62,905 nt of DNA, filler included, from Octopus bimaculoides (GCF_001194135.2; 4 parts of 4 records of this genome joined end to end with filler, not necessarily neighbours in it); one strand, 5' to 3'. Counted from the whole stretch's first letter, positions 14,287 to 27,978 are shown. Made by a program: numbers and translations. The notes: generated from the sequence alone by a model not told the origin.

Positions 14287-14563
14287 CTGCAAAGAACTAT
14301 TGATAAGAAATAATTATATATACACATCTAAATGTCATTTGCTTATAAACACTAAACCATCATCATACTTTGTATACAAATCTATATATATAAATATAAT
14401 ACATACTTACACAATATATATAATATATATGAAGAGAGAGAAGAGTGAGTTTAACCAATTATTTAACACTAGCAAAACCTGTAGAGTTTCCAGTGTTTGC
14501 ATCAGTGAAAAAGGAAAACAGTAAAGTGGGAAGATGCAAGAAGAAATTGCGAAATGTGTGTGT

Positions 14564-14600
<37 letters not shown>

Positions 14601-14799
14601 TGTGTGTGTGTGCGTGCGTGCGTGCGCACACACACAAAATTAATTTAATGCCTATCACCAGTAGGATGCTTCAACTGGATCTGACAGGCCAGAATACTGT
14701 ATCATGCTCCAGTGTCTGCTTCAACATGTTTTCTATGGCTGAATATACCTTCCTAATCCCAACACTTTACAGAGTGTACTCGGTACTTTAGGAGTTGTC

Positions 14800-14911
14800 A
14801 TCAAGTGGTAGTGGAGAGAATAACACTAAACACAGGAAAAGGATTAGTGTCAGAAGTTATAGTAGATGGTGTAATAAGTCACACTCGAACAACGTCGGGT
14901 TATACTGCTAG
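14800..14911 (+). mobile_element. Helitron 3' terminus
   Basis: Hairpin ACTCGA-acaacg-TCGGGT (14883-14900), a 7-nt spacer, then CTAG at 14908-14911. The left boundary is a guess. Confidence 0.65.
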
Positions 14912-16219
14912 TCTTAATATATAAAGCTGAAGTTGTGTGTCTGTGTGAAGCCTTTTTAAAAGTGTATAGAAATCCACATTTTCCACTTATTCGTAAAAAT
15001 TTTTACATCAATGGAATTTTTTCGATGTGAACTTTCCAGTGCAGTAATTAGATTTTTTAAATTCCGTTTCATTTGTGTGATTTAAGGGAGATTTGGCTGT
15101 TGTTTCTAGCAACTTTTATATTTCTTCCCTTCTACCTGCACCAGCATTCTTACACATCGATCACGTACTCAACATATAATATAGAGAGTAAAAGAGGGAG
15201 AGAGAGAAAGTGATACATACAAAGTCATAGATTAAACTTTCCTCTTGGTATTTTTTATCTATTTTTCATAACATAGATACATAAAATCACACACAACCAC
15301 ACATACATGATCTGTGACAACATACACATAAACACATACACACATCAACATTATAGATATAAGATTTACTTTCTGTGTCTTTCTAATATAAACATGCGCA
15401 CGCATTGCTATTTTATAACTGTCTTCCGTTCTCCCTTCCTCTCTTTCTCTCTCTTCATTACTCCCATTCTCTATTCCTTTCTCCCCCTCTCTCTCCCTTT
15501 TGCTTTCTCGCTATTCTCTCTCGCTCTCTTAAACGCATACACACGCAAGTACACACAATCATTCACTAAAATATAACTCATGTTCATCAATGTTTTGTAA
15601 ATATACCACAATTTTCACTAGGGTGTTAGGGTTTTAGAGTTACGGTTAAGGTTAGGACCTAGGGTTTAGGGTTAGGGTTACGGTTAGGGTTAGGATTAGG
15701 GTTAGTGTTATGGTTATGGTTTTAGGGTCAGGGTTAGGATTTTAGGGTTAGGGTTAGTGTTAGGGTTAGGATTAGGGTTAGGACTGGGTAATCGTGCAGG
15801 TGTTAATCTGAAAAATTACAGAAATATAAAAACTACTGACACTGCCATCTATAATAACTTTTGTTGTTCTGTTTAATATATACATAGATTATGCCTCCAC
15901 AGAAGAGAATTTGCTGGGGAAAGAAAGCAACCGGTTTAAAAAGACAGCAACAGACTGCAGCAATTCACCACATTCCAGAAGCTACTTTGAACATAATGCA
16001 AAATGGTGCATCAACATCTGCCCAATCTGATAGAATTCTGGCAAAACTGTGTAGCAACAGATCGCCAGCAATTGCTTCATCACAAATTGCCGTCCTAGCT
16101 CCTGCTAAAAGGGATTGCCCTGCTATGTATAATCAGGGCAGCACAAAAAGTTGCTTTGCACAAGCATTTCTATAGCCAATTAGACGGATGAAATTTACGT
16201 ACACTTAATAATGTTATGC
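14912..16219 (+). mobile_element. Probable Helitron 5' part with internal degenerate (TTAGGG)n and a short basic N-terminal ORF
   Basis: Begins TC(TTAATATATAAAGCTGAAGTTG) directly after the CTAG. TTAGGG-like tract at ~15620-15785. ORF 15891-16175 (MPPQKRICWGKKATGLKRQ) resembles basic Helitron N-termini from recall only. Confidence 0.45.
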
Positions 16220-16601
16220 NNNNNNNNNNNNNNNNNNNNNNNNNNNNNNNNNNNNNNNNNNNNNNNNNNNNNNNNNNNNNNNNNNNNNNNNNNNNNNNNN
16301 NNNNNNNNNNNNNNNNNNNNNNNNNNNNNNNNNNNNNNNNNNNNNNNNNNNNNNNNNNNNNNNNNNNNNNNNNNNNNNNNNNNNNNNNNNNNNNNNNNNN
16401 NNNNNNNNNNNNNNNNNNNNNNNNNNNNNNNNNNNNNNNNNNNNNNNNNNNNNNNNNNNNNNNNNNNNNNNNNNNNNNNNNNNNNNNNNNNNNNNNNNNN
16501 NNNNNNNNNNNNNNNNNNNNNNNNNNNNNNNNNNNNNNNNNNNNNNNNNNNNNNNNNNNNNNNNNNNNNNNNNNNNNNNNNNNNNNNNNNNNNNNNNNNN
16601 N

Positions 16602-16920
16602 NTCCGTCTACCAAATCCACTCACAAGGCTTTGGTTGGCTTGAGGCTATAGTAGAAGATACTTGCCCAAGGTGCCACGTAGTGGAACTGAACCTGGAACA
16701 ATGTGGTTGGAAAGCAAGCTATTTACCACACAGCCACTCCTATATATATATATATATATATGATGGGTTTCTTTCAGTTTTTGTCTACCAAATTCACTCT
16801 GAAAGTCTTGGTCAGCTCAAGGCTTTAGTAGAAGACACTTGCCCAAGGTGTCACACAATAGGACTGAACCCAGAACCATGTGGTTGGAAAGCAAGCTTCT
16901 TACCACAAAGCCATGCCTTT
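16602..16920 (-). mobile_element. Two tandem CORE-like tRNA-derived SINE heads
   Basis: The minus strand reads gtggctgtgtggtaa...ggttcagttccac...gcaccttgggcaagt twice. Confidence 0.65.
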
Positions 16921-18156
16921 GCCTAAAAAGAAAGTGTGTATAATTATGTATATCTGTATAATTGTGTATTAAAAAATTGTGCATAATTATGCATACAAAA
17001 AAACGTATTGAGTACATGAAACTCCACAATCACATGTACATGTCCAAAATATACACACAGAAATATGTGCATAAGGGTATTTTATGTGTGTATACACATA
17101 TGTCTATATACATATATGTGGGTGCATGTGTCTATCGACATGCATGTGTGTGTTGTGTGCATCTGTATGCATGTACATGCATGCAGATATGTGTGGATGC
17201 ACAAAACCATGTAATTCATAGACTGAAACAAAAAACATTTATGCTAATCCATAAATATACACACAAAATACACACAAGCTAATAATATATGAAATATATA
17301 TGAGCTAATAATAAATGTAAACTGCAAAATTTTGATACCAAAACTTGTTCTAAACATTTGGCAACCAGGCACACATACATGTAAATATAAACTATTAAGT
17401 GTACAAATTTCTAAATTTTTAAATTGCAAAATTTTGTGCAAACACATTGGTATTTCAATTTTTCTAAAAGTTGAATCCAAGGGAGATAATCATGTCTCTT
17501 TGATATCTCGCTTTCATTTACCAAAATTTTTGTCTGATTTTATCATGACTTTTCATGTTTTAATCTAAAATGGAGACAAACGTCAATTTCAATGTGATGG
17601 GCTTGGATAATTGTTAGGTATTTCTTAACATGCAATTAATGGTACCCTTAATACACAGATAAAGTTGTGTGTATATATATGTATATGTATACATATATAC
17701 ATATGTATACATACATATGTATACATATATATATATATATATATANNNNNNNNNNNNNNNNNNNNNNNNNNNNNNNNNNNNNNNNNNNNNNNNNNNNNNN
17801 NNNNNNNNNNNNNNNNNNNNNNNNNNNNNNNNNNNNNNNNNNNNNNNNNNNNNNNNNNNNNNNNNNNNNNNNNNNNNNNNNNNNNNNNNNNNNNNNNNNN
17901 NNNNNNNNNNNNNNNNNNNNNNNNNNNNNNNNNNNNNNNNNNNNNNNNNNNNNNNNNNNNNNNNNNNNNNNNNNNNNNNNNNNNNNNNNNNNNNNNNNNN
18001 NNNNNNNNNNNNNNNNNNNNNNNNNNNNNNNNNNNNNNNNNNNNNNNNNNNNNNNNNNNNNNNNNNNNNNNNNNNNNNNNNNNNNNNNNNNNNNNNNNNN
18101 NNNNNNNNNNNNNNNNNNNNNNNNNNNNTATACGTAGTGAATCTTGCAACCATGAA

Positions 18157-19131
18157 GTGGATTTGATCCACTATAACCAAATTTCAAATAACAGTTCAAC
18201 AGAACTTTTCTCACGGAGGAACAATAGTTTTTCTGTGACAGTTTACATTTGCCAGATGCCTTAGCTAGGCTGAAATAATGTTGTCACTATTTGACCCTTC
18301 TAACCTCTTCTATTCCACCAAAAGCTAGAATTAAGATAACAAGTACCACCAATGAAATCTATTGTTCTCAACGATATGTCTATCTTTCTGGATAGTTATA
18401 AAAACAAAAACCCCCAAGCAAAAATCAGTTAGTCACTTGGTGACAACTCAGTTAGGTAGTGAGAATGCAGTGTGGCTGAACAAATGCCATCTCTAAAGAA
18501 AAGGGCACAAAGAGAACAACTATGGTAACTTACCAACAGAGCAGTTGTTTCGTCCCACACTCTCTCACTTTCACTAACTCACTTTCTCTTCTCTGCACAT
18601 TACCATATCTCTCTCTACGGTTTACTACTACAATAGGAACATACTACTACAATAAGAACAGACAGGCCAAAGTTAACTTTTTTTACTTCGCATGCTCTTG
18701 GATTTTATCACCTGCTTGTCAAGGCAAGGTATATACAATGTAACAGTAAAAATGAATATTTTCCTTGAGAAAAAAATACTTTCAGCCTGCCTTTGTTTAG
18801 CCAGTCAGCCAGACTCCGTTCTCACTAACTGACTAACTGAGTTGTCACCAAGTGACTAACTGATTTTTGCTTGGGGGTTCTTGTTTTTATAACTATCCAG
18901 AAGGATAGACATATCATTGAGAACAATAGATTTCATTGGTGGTATTTGTTATCTTAATTCTAGCTTTTGGAGGAATAGAAGAGGTTAGAAGGGTCAAGTG
19001 GTGAAGACATTATTTCAACCTAGCTAAAGCATCTGGCAAATGTAAACTGTCGCAGAAAAACTATAGTTCTACAGTGAGAAAAGTTCTGTTGAATTGTTAC
19101 TTGAAATTTGGTTATGGTGGATTGAATCCAC
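18157..19131. repeat. Long inverted repeat (foldback/MITE-like), ends in gaps
   Basis: Arms ~18157-18477 and ~18800-19131 around ~320 bp of unique spacer. Confidence 0.85.
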
Positions 19132-19681
19132 NNNNNNNNNNNNNNNNNNNNNNNNNNNNNNNNNNNNNNNNNNNNNNNNNNNNNNNNNNNNNNNNNNNNN
19201 NNNNNNNNNNNNNNNNNNNNNNNNNNNNNNNNNNNNNNNNNNNNNNNNNNNNNNNNNNNNNNNNNNNNNNNNNNNNNNNNNNNNNNNNNNNNNNNNNNNN
19301 NNNNNNNNNNNNNNNNNNNNNNNNNNNNNNNNNNNNNNNNNNNNNNNNNNNNNNNNNNNNNNNNNNNNNNNNNNNNNNNNNNNNNNNNNNNNNNNNNNNN
19401 NNNNNNNNNNNNNNNNNNNNNNNNNNNNNNNNNNNNNNNNNNNNNNNNNNNNNNNNNNNNNNNNNNNNNNNNNNNNNNNNNNNNNNNNNNNNNNNNNNNN
19501 NNNNNNNNNNNNNNNNNNNNNNNNNNNNNNNNNNNNNNNNNNNNNNNNNNNNNNNNNNNNNNNNNNNNNNNNNNNNNNNNNNNNNNNNNNNNNNNNNNNN
19601 NNNNNNNNNNNNNNNNNNNNNNNNNNNNNNNNNNNNNNNNNNNNNNNNNNNNNNNNNNNNNNNNNNNNNNNNNNNNNNNNN

Positions 19682-19699
<18 letters not shown>

Positions 19700-19712
<13 letters not shown>

Positions 19713-20690
19713 GGCAATTTTAGATAAAAGCTTCCCTGCATCCCATAGGTAAAATAGAATATCTTCCCATAAGACAATCAGAGTTTCATATTCTACCCTC
19801 CCCAATATAGGTACTATCATAGCCTGTTTTAATAGAAGGAGTATAAAATTAGAAAGAGGAAATAATAATAATAATACTAGTATTGTCAATAATGATTTAA
19901 ACCCCTGTGATGATGACAATAATAGCAGATATGTAAGTATCCAGAACAACAGAACTAATATATCTGATATATATAATATAAACTGTGACTCCGATGTTTA
20001 TGCTAACCCAGGTATTGTTGATGCAGTACCTGGTGATGCTGCAATGAATTTTAGTGATACTATAGTCAAAGGAAGTAGTACTAATATCAGTAGTAATAAT
20101 GCTGATAATGATTATAGTAATAAGAATAATAATAATAATATCGTGAATAATAACAACAGTGGTAGTAGTAGTAATGATAATAATAGCAGTTAATACTCCC
20201 GGTTGTAATTGTAGGGTAAAATCCCATTGCCTGTTATTAGGTTGCTGTTTAGTCCAAAACATAGTTTACAGATGTACAATTTTGACTGAAACTGGTAGTT
20301 TTGTCTATACAGGGTGTTCAATGAACATGAAAAAGCGTATTAATAACCATCTTTCATCATTTAGACTTTGAAATAAAGCTAATAGTACATCTTTATCTAG
20401 TAAGATCTGGGAATTTAGGAAAGCAAGAGTAGATTTAGCCTTAAATGGGATATAGTACGGAGGGTGCAGCCATATAGAGATAGTAGATATGGGTATGAGC
20501 TTTGTTCTATGGAAATTTATGAGATTTTTAAGTACAGAGACAAGAACAACCTGATTAATAATAGATTAGACCAAAGGGTATCATGTGTACATAGAAGCAA
20601 CTGCATGTTTAAGTATTTTTGAAACAAATAATATTATACCCATCATACTTTGGATTTGATGGTGGAAATTAGCTTCAGACATCGTATCAT
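19700..20690 (+). mobile_element. Penelope-like element, 3' part (GIY-YIG endonuclease)
   Basis: TIRVSYSTLPNIGTIIA, then CNCRVKSHC...NIVYRC...YTG...KKRINNHLSSFR...NSTSLSSKIWE. Confidence 0.85.
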
Positions 20691-21927
20691 TTATAATCTA
20701 CCTTCTAGTGTAGGATATTATATTGTATTACATTACATATATTATATGCTATGTATTGTGTTATGTGATGTATTATACGTAATATTACCCTATGGTAACC
20801 CTGCCTGTTTAGTCTGATTTCATCCTATATGGTGATTACACTGTTCTTTCCTTCAATTCTATGACTTCTTACCCTATCAGTCACATTAAGTATATATGTA
20901 GCAAGTAATGTGATAGTAAGCTTCTCTTGACAAAATTTTACACCCACTAAGAACTATACAATCATACATACAATAGCACCTGCAATATTATAATTTATAA
21001 AACCACATCCAATGATATCCTCATCTTAATTTATCTATACCTTAATATACTTCAGTATGAATACCTTAAACTGCTTTCATTATTTGCATACCTATTATCT
21101 TTTTAATTTTATTTTTTAATTTTTTCCTGCTTTTAATTTTTAATCTCCTGTCTTTATATATATTTCTTATTAATTTTCTATTAATTCTTATTAATTTAAT
21201 TTCTTATTGTATATTTTCCTTATTAATTTCTTATCCTTTATGTTTTATTGTTGTTGTATATTGTTAAANNNNNNNNNNNNNNNNNNNNNNNNNNNNNNNN
21301 NNNNNNNNNNNNNNNNNNNNNNNNNNNNNNNNNNNNNNNNNNNNNNNNNNNNNNNNNNNNNNNNNNNNNNNNNNNNNNNNNNNNNNNNNNNNNNNNNNNN
21401 NNNNNNNNNNNNNNNNNNNNNNNNNNNNNNNNNNNNNNNNNNNNNNNNNNNNNNNNNNNNNNNNNNNNNNNNNNNNNNNNNNNNNNNNNNNNNNNNNNNN
21501 NNNNNNNNNNNNNNNNNNNNNNNNNNNNNNNNNNNNNNNNNNNNNNNNNNNNNNNNNNNNNNNNNNNNNNNNNNNNNNNNNNNNNNNNNNNNNNNNNNNN
21601 NNNNNNNNNNNNNNNNCTTTCTGGCACTTGTGCCCGCGGCATGTGTAAGGACTTTCGAGCGAGATCGTTGCCAGTGCCCCTAGACTGGCTCTTGTGCGGG
21701 TGGCACATAAAATACACCATTTTGAGCGTGGCCATTGCCAGTACCGCCTGACTGGCCTTCATGCCGATGGCACGTAAAAGCACCCACTACACTCTCTGAG
21801 TAGTTGGCGTTAGGAAGGGCATCCAGCCGTAGAAACTCTGCCAAATCAGATTGGAGCCTGGTGTAGCCATCTGGTTTCACCAGTCCTCAGTCAAATCGTC
21901 CAACCCATGCTAGCATGGAAAGCGGAC

Positions 21928-21963
<36 letters not shown>

Positions 21964-22131
21964 GCATTCTTATTTACCTTCACATATACTGGTATAACAT
22001 TCTATGAGTTGCGGAGTATGTTACATCTTCTCTCCACACGTATGTATGATAAGATGTGACTCAATATAGTTCTTAAATTGATATTTTTCAATTATTTATA
22101 ATTACACCATATAATTATATTCTTTATATAA

Positions 22132-22174
<43 letters not shown>

Positions 22175-22184
<10 letters not shown>

Positions 22185-24200
22185 GTTTCTACGGGACAAC
22201 CTGCTGAGTGCCACCGACCAGATCTGTGGCTGGTGTAAAGTCCGCTCTCAACCTAAAGTAACGTGGTGGTGGAACAATGTGGTTCACAGGGCTATTAGAC
22301 AAAAGAAACAGGCTTGGAAGGACTGGAAGAACGGAGGTAGCAGGGAATTGTATCAGGTTGCCAAAAGAAGCTAGCAGACAGGTTTATTAAGCCAGAGGGG
22401 AAGCAGATAAGAAAAAATTTGCCAATGTTGTGCACTGTGAGGACCAAACACTTGAAGTATTTCATGTTGTAAGACAGTGTGTGAGACAGAATCATGATGT
22501 CGTAGGAGAGAAATGTGTCCGCATGGATGATGGCTCATTTGCACTAAATGAGGCTGCAAAGAGAGAGGTTTGGAGACGCCACTATGAAAGGTTGGTAGAT
22601 AAAGTGATCAAGAGCATGAAGACATGGAAAGCCCCTGGCCTATCAGGAATCACTGCAGAGATGCTCAAAATATCTGGCAGTGTTGGCTATAGCCAAGTCA
22701 CCCGTATAGTTAATCAGATGATACACGAAGGAGTCATACCCAATCACTGGTGTATCAGCACCATAGTCAACTGCTACAAAGGTAAAAGTGACACTTTAGA
22801 CACAAACAATTACAGAGGTATCAAGTTGTTGGACCAGGTAATGCAGTTTGTGTTCGTTCCAGGGAAAAGCACCACTGATGCTATATTTCTGGTAAGACAG
22901 CTGCAGGAGAAATATCTAGCCAAAGATAAACCTCTGTACCTGGCTTTCGTTGACATGGAGAAAGCCTTTGACAGGGTCCCCGCTCCCTTATCTGGTGGTC
23001 AATGAGGAAACTAGGGATAGATGAATGGTTAGTGAGAGCTGTGCAAGCCATGTACAGGGACGCTGTCAGTAAGGTGAGGGTTGGAAACGAGTACAGTGAA
23101 GAATTCTGGGTAGAGGTATGGGTCCACCAAGGTTCAGTCCTCAGCCCCCCTCCTATTTATCATATTCCTCCAGGCAATAACACAGGAATTCAAGACGGGA
23201 TGCCCCTGGGAGCTCCTCTATGCTGATGACCTTGCACCAATTGCTGAGTCACTATCAGAAGTAGAGGAGAAGTTTCAGGTGTGGAAGCAAGGACTAGAAT
23301 CAAAGGGCCTTTGAGTCAACCTAGCTAAAATCAAATTCCTAATAAGTAGGAAGGTAGACAAAACACAAACCCCTTCAGGTAGATGGCCCTGCTCGATCTG
23401 TAGAAAAGGTGTAGGTAGAAACTCCATAAGTTGTACCCAGTGTAAGCTATGGACACATAAGAGATGCAGCAATATCAAAGGAAGGCAAACTAGCAAGATA
23501 GGTTTTGTATGTGGCAGATGCTCAGGTGCAATAAACACTGAAAATGTGCAGAAAACAACCTTTGCCACATTCCAGTGAGAAAAACTAGTAGTTAATAGCT
23601 TCTACTATCTAGCTTCCGCTACCAAGTTAGTAGTGGGGGAGGGTGCGCTGAAAGTGTAGCTGCTAGAATAAGAATAGCCTGGGAAAAGTTCAGAGAGCTC
23701 TTACCTCTGCTGATGACAAAGCGCCTCTCACTCAGAGTAAAAGGCAGACTGTATGACGCGTGTATGAACAGCCATAATATATGGCAGTGAAACATGGGCC
23801 GTGACTGCTGAAGACATGCATAAGCTCGCAAGAAACGAAGCCAGTATTCTCCGATGGATGTGTAATGTCAGTGTGCATACTCGACAGAGTGTAAATACCT
23901 TGAGAGAAGAGTTGGACCTAAGAAGCATCAGTTGTGGTGTGCAAGAGAGACGATTGCGCTGGTATGGTCATGTGGCATAAATGGATGAGGATAGCTGTGT
24001 GAAAAAGTGCCACACCCTAGCAGTTGAGGGAACCTGTGGAAGAGGTAGACCCAGGAAGACCTGGGATGAGGTGGTGAAGCACGACCTTCGAACTTTAGGC
24101 CTCACCGAGTCAATGATTCGTGACCGAGACCCTTGGAAATATGCCGTACGTGAGAAGACCCAGCAAGCCAAGTGAGAGCACAATCTGTGGCCTCTGCCAG
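22175..24200 (+). mobile_element. RTE-clade LINE, 5'-truncated and frameshifted
   Basis: NYRGIKLL, LAFVDMEKAFDRVP, HQGSVLSP, LLYADDL, PHD-like CxxC...CxxC...H..C and RGRPRKTW motifs. Confidence 0.9.
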
Positions 24201-24865
24201 AAGTGTAACCAGCTCACTTTTTTCATATTTTTACTTCATTGGACACTAAACTCTGCTTGTGAAGACCTGTTGAAGCAAGCAAATTGAAATCAAAATCAAA
24301 CCAAATTCGATGACTGGCACCCATGCCAACCTCTCCTTCATTGGACACTAAACTCTGCTTGCGAAGACCTGTTGGGGCAAGTGAAATCGAAATCATAATT
24401 GAACCATATTCGATAACCAGCACCTGTGCTAATGGAGTACTAACAGCACCATCCGAGCGTGATCATTACCAGAGCAGCTGTCTGGCTTCCATGCTAGTGG
24501 CACGTAAATAGCACCATTTGGGTGTGATCGTTACCAGCCTCGCCTTACTGGCACCTTAGAAAATCATTCAAGCAAGGTGATTGCCAGTCCCGCTGGATTG
24601 ACTCCTGTGCAAGTGGCATGTAAAATACACCATTTTGAGCATGGCCGTTGCCAGTACTGCCTGAATGGCCCTCATGCCGGTGACACGTAAAAGCACCCAC
24701 TACACTCTCGGAGTGGTTGGCGTTAGGAAGGGCATCCAGCTGTAGAAACCTTGCCATATCAGATTGGATCCTGGTGCAGCCATCTGATTCACCAGTCCCA
24801 AGTCAAATCGTCCAACCCATGCCAGCATGGAAAGCGGACGTTAAACAATGATGATGATGTTGATG

Positions 24866-24905
<40 letters not shown>

Positions 24906-25939
24906 TTTCTCGTATATGTATTTGTATGCCATATTTTTATACTGTTATATCTACTTATATCAGTACACACTTTCATAGTTGTTAAAATTTTCGTTTATAC
25001 TTATATTTAATTAAGTCTATATATTATCGAATTCTTTATCTTAGTATTCTGCTTCTGACCCCTTACTTTCAATCAATAGATAATATGTATATTTTGCCAG
25101 ATAAATTCCATATTTAAGTTGTGATCATTGTTTGAGTGGTCTTTGTAGTGACCACCTATTAGTTATGTAGAGATGATGTATTAGGGTGATTGCATATAAC
25201 AGTAATCTTCTTTTTAATGTTTAAATTGATCTGTGTTTTCCTTCTTATCTAACCTGGTTCTGATATCTTTTTTTAAATTGTACTTTTATTTTTATACAAC
25301 TTATCATAATACACAGTTTTTGATATACCTTGATTATAAACTTTTTCCCTTTGTGCCCTTAATGTTTTCCTAAATTTCATTATTGCAATCTAAGTTTCAT
25401 AGTGTATACCCCTTTAACTGAAAATAAAGACAAGAATTAATGTCACCCCTACCCTACCTCTTTATGGGCATTTACTGCTATCTAATTGATTCCTTCTAAA
25501 GCTTGTTTCTTTTTGTGGTGAGGGATACTTATGGCAGTAAGAAATTAAGGAATAGTAAGAAATTAAGGACTAGTAAGAAATTAAGGAATAGTAAGAAATT
25601 AAGGAATAGGGGGAACATCCAGTAATATTTATATTACTAATAAAAACTACAGATAAAATAATTAAATACCTATTTATTTATTATGTAAAACCCTTTTATA
25701 GGAATTAACCTTATTATATAATAATTGAAAATTATTATAATTAATAATATAAACAATTATTGATGACTTTGCTGGATAACTAAAGAATAAAAATTACACA
25801 TAAGAATTCAACATTATGCTTAATAGAAGTTTAGATACTTTGCGTCACAATAATTAATTATCTATTAACTCATTATATTAAATTCTTTAATAGGAATTAA
25901 CGTTATAATATAATAATTAAAAAATTATTATAATTAATA

Positions 25940-26800
25940 GTGGAAATATTTGAAAGTCTTTCTAAATTTATGGCAACATCTTAAAGTGAAGTGCACATTA
26001 AAATTCAATAAAATGAATTTAGAAGTAATTATATAATACATTTCTTCAAGGTAAAGATTACAAGTAGAATTACCAATATTATACGTTGGTGCATAACTAA
26101 TAATGGACCACTTTAAATCATATTCAATATTCTTATCCTTTAAATCCCAAATGCATTTACTAAGATTTGAAGAATTACATTTTTTTCTATATTCAAAGGA
26201 ATGACAATGATTATAAAATCTAGATTTCCAAAGAGTAGCAGATGAACCAATATACCAATACTTACAATCTCTAATTATTACTTCACACTGATATACTATA
26301 ATTTGCTTTCAACACTGATTTTCTAAAGGTATAGAGTTTTGTTTACACATTATTCACTTGTAAATTACACTCATACTTAAAAGAATTTCCACTAGCACTC
26401 TCCTACAAAATAGGTTTGGATTATAATAATTATTATTAGAATTAATATTAATACAAGGTAAAAGACTAACTATATTATCAGCATTTTGATCTGTTATAGA
26501 ATCTAAACCTTGTTCTGAAAGATTATCAATCACGTTAATTTCACTATATATATTATCAGTTCTACAGTTATTCATAGATCTAGAATTTAGATATTCCCTA
26601 ATTCTCTGTTAATTGTGTGCTGCAATGATCTCAGCTAAATTATTAGTAGTTGAATATGAAAGCTATACACTATGTCTATTAAATGGTTTCCCATATTTAC
26701 TTGAAGGTAGGAAATATCAATCTAGTGCTGCAAAGAATTTATGAAGGATATTAGAAGCTACTGAATATGAAAATGGGGCATTATACCATATAATATTGTT
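25940..26800 (-). mobile_element. Penelope-like element, 3' part
   Basis: IIWYNAPFS, LSYSTTNNLAEIIAAHN, IVYQCEV...YIGSS and KWSII motifs. Confidence 0.8.
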
Positions 26801-26895
26801 GATTTATTTTTTTATTATTATAATAAACATTTTTGTCAATATTACTTTCATTAAAATTGAGTTTTTCCCTATTTTAATTTTTATTTGTAAATTTG

Positions 26896-26936
<41 letters not shown>

Positions 26937-26939
26937 GAT

Positions 26940-27700
26940 GTCACACAGTATACAATATTGTGAGATTGTTGATTGAAGATATTGTGTCTACCGAGGTTTG
27001 TACTGTTTGTCAAGTCACAACAAGAAATTTAGATAGACAGTACTTTACACAATATGCATGCAGTTCCATGTAATGCTGACTTTTGCAATACACCTAGATT
27101 GTAGAGTATTTCTAAAGTTTTCAAATGTTTTTTTCAGATTGGGTGGTATTGAACCCAATGCTCCGATGACAATAAGGATAACCTTTAAGTTTGACTCTCG
27201 TACCTACTACATTTTAGTGATCTCAGTTCCAGGTTTCCATGTTTATCAACCCTTTCTCTTTCTTTCATGATGATATGTTGATCTCCTGGCACTTCCACAT
27301 CAACTATTAGGCACTGTTGTTTGTCTCTCCTAAAGGTTACTATATCTGGCCTTTGGTGCTTCTAACACCCTGTCTGTCTGGAAGTCAAAATCCCAGAGGA
27401 TTTTTGCTTTCCCCTTTTCATCCATTATCTTTACCGGTGTATGTTGGTACCGAGCACCCATAATCTCATAGCCATACTTATGGCATAGTAGCCAGCGGAG
27501 GTTTTGGGCTACCTTGTCATGTCTACACTTGTACTCTTTCTGCGCAAGACTTTCACAAGCACTAATAATGTGAGTCATGCTTTCGACCCTCTTCCCACAT
27601 ATTCTACAGAGATCTATTGCACTTGTGTGGTATATTTTCTTTTTCACTGAGTTGATATTCAATTCCTGGTCCTGGGGAGTGATGATTAGGCTTTCAAATT
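26940..27700 (-). mobile_element. RLE-type LINE 3' part with (AAT)n tail
   Basis: CRICGKRVESMTHIISAC zinc knuckle, RHDKVA, ILWDFDFQTD and VIGALGSIP motifs. Confidence 0.85.
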
Positions 27701-27978
27701 ATAATTATTATCATTATTATTATTATTATTGTTCAGTAGTTTTATTTTTATAACGTGCTTTCACTTCACTACCGAGCGCAGCTCTGTGCGCCTTGGGTAT
27801 GTGCTGTGGTTTGCTGTGGTGCTCTTATGTTTACTGTATTGAAAGTGTTTTGCGTAGAATGTGTGCAGTACCCAGTAGTGCAATTTTCTGTATGTTATAT
27901 ATATTTGTAAGTCCTGGTGTTTTTGTTATGTATTTGTCTGAATATTTTTTTATTATACCTAAGGCACCTACTATGATA
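27700..27978 (-). mobile_element. RLE-type LINE extreme 3' end with (AAT)n tail
   Basis: IIVGALGIIKK...IQKIALLGTAHILRKTLSIQ*, followed by the 3' UTR and tail. Confidence 0.85.

Noticed and set aside
15620-15790. True telomere or chromosome-fusion site
   Set aside because: Short, degenerate, single orientation and embedded in TE-like sequence inside a gene intron.
25537-25609. 18-bp minisatellite (agtaagaaattaaggaat x4); also 20-bp x3 at ~57005-57065 and a 17-bp duplication at 1922-1955
   Set aside because: Ordinary local slippage with no further structure.
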